Shown: positions 56,681 through 64,000 of the stretch, piece after piece
Numbering within the stretch: the first letter of the stretch is position 1
Layout of the letters: each line of letters begins with the position of its first letter
DNA from: Candidatus Falkowbacteria bacterium
GTDB taxonomy: Bacteria; Patescibacteriota; Patescibacteriia; Patescibacteriales; UBA12465
DNA length: 64,000 bases
Assembly: GCA_037134915.1 (NCBI GenBank)
Contig: JBAXLJ010000003.1
Coordinates: 81,084-145,083 of the forward strand
Direction: 5' to 3'
Position numbers and translations under genes: made by a program
Notes under the pieces: model-generated
Databases searched by the model: none
The model's input: only the letters and a program-made list of their open reading frames with translations
What the model was told of the DNA's origin: nothing

Positions 56681-57364
56681 TTACTTCCTTTTAAAATTTA
56701 AAACTATCTTCGGCATCCCTACCTCAACTCTAATTTTTTTCATGTTAGAAAAAAAGCGGTCAGAAAAATCAATCTGAGTCATAATTTTTTCAACCAGGTC
56801 CCAATGCGACTTTAAACCATCGTTAAAAAAAATAAGGTCCGCTTTTAGCGATTCATGATACTTAGGCCTAATTACCGGCCTAAACATATTAGTGGCTGAA
56901 AAAATTCTAATCTTGGCTTTTCTAGGAGCCGCAATTTTTAATTTTTCTTGAAAATCAATAGCCTTAAACGGTCCTAAAAATCTATACTCAATGACCAGGG
57001 GAATCTTAATGCTGGTTGAACTATTCATTTCAACAAGCAGTTCCGTTTCAACCAACTTAACTTCACCACCTTTAATCTTTTTAATCCAGCCATTAGGTAA
57101 TTTAATAATTGATAATGGCGGTTTACCCCAAATTGGCTTTTCATAAATAACAACCCGATTATTTTTGTAATGCAGCAAAATTAGTTCTGTATCCTGGGGC
57201 GCTAAAATTGTTACCTCCAACTTAATTACCATCCAGACCGCAATCGAAGCCGCAAGATACGCGACCAAAACAATGACCACCACCGCTAAAATTTCTTCCC
57301 ACTGATGAGCGCCAATAGTTAGCCCCATTAAAGAGGCAAATATGATAAACTTTTTCGTGTTCAT
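56681..57364 (-). CDS. Hypothetical membrane-anchored protein
   Basis: 227-aa ORF with N-terminal hydrophobic segments. Confidence 0.6.
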   Translation of the reverse strand: MNTKKFIIFASLMGLTIGAHQWEEILAVVVIVLVAYLAASIAVWMVIKLEVTILAPQDTELILLHYKNNRVVIYEKPIWGKPPLSIIKLPNGWIKKIKGGEVKLVETELLVEMNSSTSIKIPLVIEYRFLGPFKAIDFQEKLKIAAPRKAKIRIFSATNMFRPVIRPKYHESLKADLIFFNDGLKSHWDLVEKIMTQIDFSDRFFSNMKKIRVEVGMPKIVLNFKRK

Positions 57365-57507
57365 GATTTCTAATTTTTAAGGTTCTGTAATCTATTATAG
57401 ACTCATCCTGATTTAAATGACAACTAAGAAGCCTTGTCCAACCAGTGACAAAAGAGTATAATTATTTAATTGCACCCTTATAATATTACCTAACCCAGCT
57501 TAATTTT

Positions 57508-57906
57508 ATGAAAAATAAGAACCAAAAAATAATTATTATTTTAATAGCGGTTATCCTAATTGCCTTAGCTTTTATAATAATCAGTCAACCAGCGCAATCT
57601 ACGAAAGAAACTAAGGAATCGAACGTAACCCTAGAAAACGGCGTTCAGGTTGCTCACATGACTGAATCAGCTAGCGGCTATACTCCTAATTCTTTTACCC
57701 TTAAAAGGGGGGTTCCGGCCAATATAATAGTCGAGGCTAAGGATCCTTACTCTTGCGCCAGTGTTTTAATTGTTCCTAAATATAAGATTCGAGAATTCTT
57801 AAAAGCCGGAGAAAATACCATCAGCTTTACCCCTCAAGAAACCGGACCGATAAAATTTGCTTGCTCGATGGGTATGTATACCGGCACCTTTAACGTTATC
57901 GATTAA
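57508..57906 (+). CDS. Membrane-anchored cupredoxin-domain protein (CupA-like)
   Basis: TM helix, GYTP, SCAS and FACSMGMYTG; promoter TTGTCC-17-TATAAT at 57434-57462. Confidence 0.85.
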   Translation: MKNKNQKIIIILIAVILIALAFIIISQPAQSTKETKESNVTLENGVQVAHMTESASGYTPNSFTLKRGVPANIIVEAKDPYSCASVLIVPKYKIREFLKAGENTISFTPQETGPIKFACSMGMYTGTFNVID

Positions 57907-57920
57907 TCCTTTAAGGATAG

Positions 57921-57950
57921 AAAAACAGCGCCGAAAACGGCGCTGTTTTT
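57921..57950. terminator. Bidirectional terminator
   Basis: AAAAACAGCGCCG / CGGCGCTGTTTTT. Confidence 0.8.
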
Positions 57951-57965
57951 GATTAAGCAATTGCC

Positions 57966-60900
57966 TTACTTTTTAATCTCGAAATCAGTACCCACAAAAT
58001 GCATCGTATCTAAGAGCGTTTTAGTTTCCGGCAAAATACCGGCGATAATTACGCTGCTGCCAGAAAAATCATCAATTGTATCTCCAACCTTAGTAAATTC
58101 CTTATTTTTAATCATCATCTTAGCATCGCTAAAGCCAATGTAAACTGGCAAGTAACGTTTACTGCTGAGCCAGATGGGATCAAAATTAGTAATAGCATTT
58201 TTTATTTTATCCGGTAAACCATCTTTACCTTTATAAAATATATCCACACTACCATCTTCGGAAACGACTTGAATTGAAGCCGCGCTGGTCATCTTGTTTA
58301 AGGTATTTTTATTTACTAAATGATAATTATCAATCAAGGTTCCAGTTGGTTCTAAAATACCAACCACTTTAATACTTGGCAAACCAAAAAAATTAGACAA
58401 ACTATCGCCGATACCTTTAATTAGTTTCTCCTTTTTCATCATCATGCCTTCTTCATAACCCACAATAAGCTCGTTGTCACCTAGGACTAAAGTTCCCTCT
58501 TTAGCCTTAAGCGAACTCGGCAAACTGTCGACTCCTAAAAATAATTTAGGATTATTTTCAGCAAAATTAATTTTCGACGGACTTTCTGCTAAGAAATTAT
58601 TAAGACTAGTGGCTGTTTGCGCCGAGACTAAAAGCGCCATGCCAGAATTTTCCATATTGGAGCTGATTTTGGCGAACTCAAAGAAACCAAAAGTAAAGAC
58701 AACAACCATCACAAAGGGTGCCACCAAAGACAGGTAGTTCCGTTTATTTGGCTTGAAATATTTAAGCAGCAACGAATTGCCTACCACCGAAATAGAACTC
58801 ATTGCCATCGCCAGTCCGGCTAATTCCGGCTTTAAAACCAAACCGTAAGCGGTAAAGATACGCGCTGCAATCGGAATACCAATAACATTATAAAACAAAG
58901 CGAAGAACATATTCTGTTTGATCTTGGCCATTGTTTCCTTAGACAACTGAAAGGCGGTCACAACATCATTTAAGTCATTTCTCATAATAACGATGCCGCC
59001 TGTTTCCATGGCCACATCCGTGCCGGACCCCATAGCAATTCCTAAATCAGCTTGAGCTAGAGCCGGAGCATCATTAATACCATCACCAACCATAGCTACT
59101 TTTTTATTGGCTTGCTGCAATTTTTTAACTTCATTCGCTTTTTCTTCAGGTAACACCTCGGCTAAAACGTGGTCAATACCGACTGAGGCGGCAATGGCCC
59201 TGGCCGTACGTTCGTTGTCACCGGTAATCATATAAACAGTAATGCCTAGTTTTTTTAATTTAGACACCGCCGCAGCGGAACTCGGCTTAACGGTATCGGC
59301 CACCGCTACTGACCCTAATATTTTTTCCGAAGTCGCCAGTAACATAGCCGTTTTACCCTGCTCTTCTAACTTAGTTAATTTGCGATTTACTTTATCAATT
59401 GAGTGTCCTAAAACATCCGTCATTAACCTTCGGTTGCCAAAATAATATTCAATATCATTAATTATTCCTTTAACTCCATGACCGGCGATAGCGGAGAAGT
59501 TTTTAACTTCACTCAGTGCCACCGATTCTTCATTGGCGTAAGAATAAATAGCTTCCGCTAGCGGGTGCTCTGATTGTTTTTCTAAACTAGCAGCGACCAT
59601 CAAAATTTCATCTTCATCAAGATTATCAAAAGTAATAATGTCGGTAACTTCCGGCTTACCTTTAGTGAGAGTCCCCGTCTTATCAAAAATAACCGTATCA
59701 ATGTGACAAGCCGCTTCTAGCGGTTCACCGCCTTTAACTAAGATGCCATACTCCGCCCCTTTACCGGTGCCCACCATTAAAGATGTCGGTGTGGCTAAAC
59801 CTAAAGCGCAGGGACAAGCAATCACAATTACAGCCGTAAAAGCCATCAAAGCGAAAGATAAAGTCGCACCTAAAAAGAAATACCAAACTACAAAAGTAAT
59901 AATAGCTAGACTAATTACCGTGGGGACAAAGACCGCAGAAATTTTATCGGCGAAACCTTGAATCGGCGCCTTAGAACCCTGAGCGTCCTCAATCAAGCGA
60001 ATAATCTGAGCCAAGGCTGTTTCATTGCCAATTTTATTAACTACAAATTCAAAGCTCCCGGTCTTATTAACGGTGGCACCAATAACATTATCACCTTCCT
60101 TTTTTTCAACCGGCAAACTCTCGCCGGTAATCATCGATTCATCAATGGCGGATGTTCCTTTAACAATTTGACCATCAACTGGAATTTTTTCACCCGGACG
60201 AACAATAACAATATCACCGCGAACCACCTCTTCAATCGCAATATCCGAAGTAACTCCGTTTCTTATCACCCGCGCCGTCTTAGCCTGCAGGCCCATTAAT
60301 TTTTTAATAGCATCACCGGTTTTACTTTTAGTTCTAATTTCTAACCACTTCCCCAAAATTACAAAAGTAATTAAATAGGCGGCGGTTTCAAAATATAGTT
60401 CCGGAATTTTACCGCCAAGACCAATAATTGACCGCGTCTTAATAAAGTAGCTGACAAAATTAACCAAGCTATAAATAAAAGCCGTGGAAGTACCAATAGC
60501 AATCAGACTATCCATGTTAAAGGTCTTCATTTTAAGCGAGGCCCACATCCCTTGATAAAACCTGGCCCCAATAATGAATTGAATCGGTAGGGTTAAGATA
60601 AGCGAAGTAATGCCGACATAGGGCAGAAGGGCTTCCTTGCCCGGAATAGCGAAGAAATCAAGTAACATAAAATACAGCATCGGCAAGCTTAGGGCAAAAC
60701 TAAGCCAAAAACTTTTAGCATAGTTTTTAGTTTCCTGTTCACGTTTACGTCTTTCATAATCAGCATCTTTAGCATCAACCATTTCTGCTTTATACCCGGC
60801 CTTAGAAACGGCTTCAATTAATTTTTGAGAGTTAACTTGAGACTCATCGTAAATAATATTAGCTTTTTCAGCGGCAAAATTAACGCTAGCTGAGCTGACT

Positions 60901-61412
60901 CCAGGCACTTTCTTAAGCGAGCGCTCAATAATATTGGCGCAAGATGAACAATGCATCCCAAAAAGAGATAGATTAACTCTTTGATTTGAATTCTGGTTCA
61001 AGGGTTTTACTGCCGTTACTTCCGGTTGAAAAGTTGTTTGAGAAATCTGAGATTTATTTATAGTGCTCCCAATCTGATTAACTATTCGTTCAATATCAGG
61101 ATGATTTTCCGGAATAATAAATTCCGCTGTCGTTTTAGTTTCCAGTCTAACTTTTAAAGGTTCGGCACTTTTAGAAATTGTGATTTTATTGGACTCGCCC
61201 ACAATTTCGGCTTCGTAACCGGATTTTTTTATTGAATCAATTATATCAGCCGGACTGTTTTTTGAATCATCAAGCATTAACTGGCCAGCGCCCGTCTTAA
61301 AATCAACCTCAAGCTCGCTCACGCCGGGAAGGTCGGCTAAATCTTCCTTAATAATCATCTCACAAGATGCGCAATGCATCCCCTTTATTTTAAGTAATAT
61401 TTTGCTAATCAT
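57966..61412 (-). CDS. copA: Cu(I)-translocating P1B-type ATPase with two HMA domains and a C-terminal extension
   Basis: [40 protein letters not shown] and MAMSS. Confidence 0.95.
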   Translation of the reverse strand: MISKILLKIKGMHCASCEMIIKEDLADLPGVSELEVDFKTGAGQLMLDDSKNSPADIIDSIKKSGYEAEIVGESNKITISKSAEPLKVRLETKTTAEFIIPENHPDIERIVNQIGSTINKSQISQTTFQPEVTAVKPLNQNSNQRVNLSLFGMHCSSCANIIERSLKKVPGVSSASVNFAAEKANIIYDESQVNSQKLIEAVSKAGYKAEMVDAKDADYERRKREQETKNYAKSFWLSFALSLPMLYFMLLDFFAIPGKEALLPYVGITSLILTLPIQFIIGARFYQGMWASLKMKTFNMDSLIAIGTSTAFIYSLVNFVSYFIKTRSIIGLGGKIPELYFETAAYLITFVILGKWLEIRTKSKTGDAIKKLMGLQAKTARVIRNGVTSDIAIEEVVRGDIVIVRPGEKIPVDGQIVKGTSAIDESMITGESLPVEKKEGDNVIGATVNKTGSFEFVVNKIGNETALAQIIRLIEDAQGSKAPIQGFADKISAVFVPTVISLAIITFVVWYFFLGATLSFALMAFTAVIVIACPCALGLATPTSLMVGTGKGAEYGILVKGGEPLEAACHIDTVIFDKTGTLTKGKPEVTDIITFDNLDEDEILMVAASLEKQSEHPLAEAIYSYANEESVALSEVKNFSAIAGHGVKGIINDIEYYFGNRRLMTDVLGHSIDKVNRKLTKLEEQGKTAMLLATSEKILGSVAVADTVKPSSAAAVSKLKKLGITVYMITGDNERTARAIAASVGIDHVLAEVLPEEKANEVKKLQQANKKVAMVGDGINDAPALAQADLGIAMGSGTDVAMETGGIVIMRNDLNDVVTAFQLSKETMAKIKQNMFFALFYNVIGIPIAARIFTAYGLVLKPELAGLAMAMSSISVVGNSLLLKYFKPNKRNYLSLVAPFVMVVVFTFGFFEFAKISSNMENSGMALLVSAQTATSLNNFLAESPSKINFAENNPKLFLGVDSLPSSLKAKEGTLVLGDNELIVGYEEGMMMKKEKLIKGIGDSLSNFFGLPSIKVVGILEPTGTLIDNYHLVNKNTLNKMTSAASIQVVSEDGSVDIFYKGKDGLPDKIKNAITNFDPIWLSSKRYLPVYIGFSDAKMMIKNKEFTKVGDTIDDFSGSSVIIAGILPETKTLLDTMHFVGTDFEIKK

Positions 61413-61414
61413 AT

Positions 61415-61630
61415 TTATTTAACTATTTTATAAGAAGTGCCTTCAAAGCTGTTTTGTAAAGTTTCTTGGCTGATTTCGATTTCACTTTCAATTTTCGCCT
61501 CACCACTCATTAGATTAATATCCACATTTTTTACTCCCGGAACTTTCAAAAGTCTTTTGGAGGCTAATTTAACACAAGCTTCACAAGTTAAACCAGTTAA
61601 TTTTAAATTTATATTATTCATATTATTCAT
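61415..61630 (-). CDS. copZ: Copper chaperone (HMA domain)
   Basis: GLTCEAC, 71 aa, adjacent to copA. Confidence 0.82.
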   Translation of the reverse strand: MNNMNNINLKLTGLTCEACVKLASKRLLKVPGVKNVDINLMSGEAKIESEIEISQETLQNSFEGTSYKIVK

Positions 61631-61641
61631 ATTATTAATAA

Positions 61642-63492
61642 TTATTCAACTTTTATAGTTCCATGGGGGACATTCATGGCGCAGGTAATTAGATAGCTGC
61701 CTGGAGTTTGCGGAGTAAATTCCATCACAATTGTTTTCCCCGCCTCAAAGCGCTGAACATTTTGATAGAGACTCTGGATTTGAATTGTTCCCATACAACC
61801 CGCTCCGTCCTCTTTAGCCGCAATCTCGAAACGCACTGGCTGACCGGCTTTTACGGTAAAACTATTTGGTTGAAGATCACCGGCCACAGTATAAGACGCT
61901 TTAATAAGCTGCACATTGTCGGAAACCACAGCTTTTGTATCGGTCGTATTTGGTACAATTTTGGCGCCGCCACCACAAGAGCCGCTACCACCACCGCAAC
62001 CGCAGCCACCGCCATTACCTGTACTAGCAACTGCCGCCCTAACACCACAAGAGCCGCTACCGCGACTAAGCGTCGGAGCGACCGTAGAGTTATCGCTAAC
62101 ACTAGGGCCAGAAGCATTATCATCATAAACATTAAAAACGCCGGTATACATTCCCATTGAACAAGAAAAAGATAGTTTACCGACTGAGTCCGGGATAAAT
62201 TCAATTATATTTTCACCAGCGACTAAATTTTTAGAAATATTTAACGCCGGCATCATAATTGAGCTGGCACAAGAATAAGGCTCCTTAGCGTCAATTACCC
62301 ATTTAACTGGCACTCCTTTTTTAATCGAAAAACTATTAGGTGTGTAGCCGTTACCGGTTTCTGCCATATGGACTACCTGAACGCCGTTTTCTAAAGTCAC
62401 ATTAGGATCACTAACTGTATTTTCTGAACTGGTATTATTAGCGCCAAAACTTTCTAAACTTAAACTAGCTAAGGTATAGCCATTATTTAAATTAAACAAA
62501 GCAAAGAAAATTACGGCTACACCCGCCACCTGAAAAAATCTTTCTTTAAATTTACCTTTTACTAAAGAAGTTAGGCCGCCAATACTAAGCAATCCGGGGG
62601 CGGTGCCTAAAGCAAATAAACCCATAACTAAAGCCCCGGACCAAAAATTTCCGGTACTCACCGCGTAAAGCTGCATCGCCTGGGTAAAACCGCAAGGCAA
62701 GAAAAAAGTTAAACCACCGATTATCATCGCTTGTGTATGACTATAGGTTTCTTTCTTCTGACCAAAACCCAAAGCCTTAGCGATTCCCTTAGGTAAAGTG
62801 AATTTAAAGTTATTCAAACGGGGAAAAATATTAATTAACTGTAAGCCCATAATTAACATCACGACCCCGATAATTAAAGTCAAAATTCCATTCGCTAGCG
62901 TTGAAAAGCGGAAGATAGTGCCTAAAGCACCTAATAATCCACCAAGAAAAGCGTAAGACAAAATTCTTCCCGCCACGAAGTATAGGTGGGGTATAAATTT
63001 TTGAGCCGAGGTAGATTCCGGATGAGCTTCAGCAAATTTAGTAGACAGCCCCAAAGACAAACCGCCAACTAAAGCCATACAAGTTGAGAAGCCTGCCACC
63101 AGCCCAATAACAACCACTAAGCCAAAGCTAGGACTACTCATATCTGAGCCTACGTTAATATTCGTTAGACCCAAAGCTTTAAGAATTAACAAGAGACCAA
63201 TCACTATTAAAAAAGCGATGCCTAAATTAACGTATTCTGTTTTGTTACTAGTAATAAAAGGCAGCTTACCAGTCTGACCTATTTCATAACCGGCATCTAC
63301 TACCGCTTTTTTTAGCAGGTTTAAATCTGGAGAGTTGCCGTCATAATGAATTACAGCCTCATTATTTTTATGGCTAACGTCAACATTTTTAACTCGAGGA
63401 ATTTCTCTGAGATTTTCTTCAATCAGTAGTTCGCAAGAACGACAATGCATACCTTTAATAGGTAGCGTGATACATTTATTATTTTGAGACAT
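61642..63492 (-). CDS. HMA + DsbD_2/TauE-like membrane domain + two cupredoxin domains
   Basis: GMHCRSC; STCMALVGG, GRILSY and FFLPCGFTQ; FSCSMGMY and ITCAMNVPHG. Confidence 0.88.
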   Translation of the reverse strand: MSQNNKCITLPIKGMHCRSCELLIEENLREIPRVKNVDVSHKNNEAVIHYDGNSPDLNLLKKAVVDAGYEIGQTGKLPFITSNKTEYVNLGIAFLIVIGLLLILKALGLTNINVGSDMSSPSFGLVVVIGLVAGFSTCMALVGGLSLGLSTKFAEAHPESTSAQKFIPHLYFVAGRILSYAFLGGLLGALGTIFRFSTLANGILTLIIGVVMLIMGLQLINIFPRLNNFKFTLPKGIAKALGFGQKKETYSHTQAMIIGGLTFFLPCGFTQAMQLYAVSTGNFWSGALVMGLFALGTAPGLLSIGGLTSLVKGKFKERFFQVAGVAVIFFALFNLNNGYTLASLSLESFGANNTSSENTVSDPNVTLENGVQVVHMAETGNGYTPNSFSIKKGVPVKWVIDAKEPYSCASSIMMPALNISKNLVAGENIIEFIPDSVGKLSFSCSMGMYTGVFNVYDDNASGPSVSDNSTVAPTLSRGSGSCGVRAAVASTGNGGGCGCGGGSGSCGGGAKIVPNTTDTKAVVSDNVQLIKASYTVAGDLQPNSFTVKAGQPVRFEIAAKEDGAGCMGTIQIQSLYQNVQRFEAGKTIVMEFTPQTPGSYLITCAMNVPHGTIKVE

Positions 63493-63554
63493 AAAAAATT
63501 ATTATTAATTTAAACAAGAAAAAATAGACAGGTTAACTGTTTAACAATAATTAA

Positions 63555-63989
63555 TTATATACGAAGAATAGTTGATTTAAGCACAGCTAACTCAGGAGGC
63601 GGTATTAGCGGATTAAGATAAATAATTGATTTTGAAACTAAGGTTAACGAAGCTTTTTCCTTAAAAAAATCACCAAGAAAAGATTGACCAATCTTTGATG
63701 ATTTAGATATATTTAAGACACTAAGATGTCCGTCATTTAGACAGCAAGAAGAGGCGGTGCCATGATGCAAAGACCCGGGCAGCGTTAGCAGTTCGGTTGA
63801 ACCACTAGATTGAATAGACTGATTACCCTCACAGCCGTCAGCGTCAACTAGAAAGTTGTTAGCGCTGGGTGCTGTTTTAGTTTGATTAAACTCCAAACTT
63901 ATCAGACTATTAAAACAAAAGCCGCTGGCCATAAAAAAGACCGCGCTCACAATTAGAAGAGAAATAATTTTAATAGAATATTTTTTCAT
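63555..63989 (-). CDS. Hypothetical CC...PP protein upstream of the copper operon
   Basis: N-terminal hydrophobic helix, HH..SSCC...H and C-terminal IPPP...LRI. Confidence 0.55.
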   Translation of the reverse strand: MKKYSIKIISLLIVSAVFFMASGFCFNSLISLEFNQTKTAPSANNFLVDADGCEGNQSIQSSGSTELLTLPGSLHHGTASSCCLNDGHLSVLNISKSSKIGQSFLGDFFKEKASLTLVSKSIIYLNPLIPPPELAVLKSTILRI

Positions 63990-64000
63990 GGGGAGACGCT

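Noticed and set aside
37352-56682. Similar palindromes GCCGTTA-N4-TAACGGC at about 37354 and 56660
   Set aside because: Only two copies, in different contexts (5' UTR versus terminator); not enough to call a REP or operator family.
1161-62204. Many short ORFs nested in or antisense to long genes (e.g. 2290-2631, 20162-20476, 43811-44224, 61708-62160)
   Set aside because: They overlap well-supported CDSs and have no motifs or expression signals.

Overview
This 64 kb window is AT-rich bacterial chromosome, almost all coded on the minus strand in genetic code 11. Gene content points to a Patescibacteria/CPR genome (Parcubacteria, Falkowbacteria-like; this is an inference): truncated TsaB, a short dcw cluster, DUF4012 and Gmad2 surface proteins, a sigma4-HARE-HTH protein and few Shine-Dalgarno sites. 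Housekeeping blocks are rpsB, sod, rlmN, eno/pyk, tgt, rfbA/D, mraZ-rsmH-ftsL-ftsI-murF, tsaB-dus-cysS, rlhA, rnhB, typA, ABC-F, rarA, tRNA-Val and tRNA-Leu. Small accessory units with their own promoter and terminator are interspersed among them. The best candidate for an undescribed system is the four-gene operon at 932-5554: PP2C phosphatase, Ser/Thr kinase, nicotinamidase-like cysteine hydrolase and vWA protein, i.e. a rearranged TerY-P-type triad carrying an NAD-salvage enzyme. Other leads are an HTH plus MORC-like GHKL ATPase pair, an unannotated ArfA/BrfA-like micro-ORF, a Tgt lacking all four zinc ligands, and a copper operon whose P1B-ATPase has a duplicated extracytoplasmic Met/His domain. 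Several transcripts also look leaderless. No transposase, integrase, CRISPR array or rRNA was seen. All calls come from reading motifs by eye; no database searches were run.
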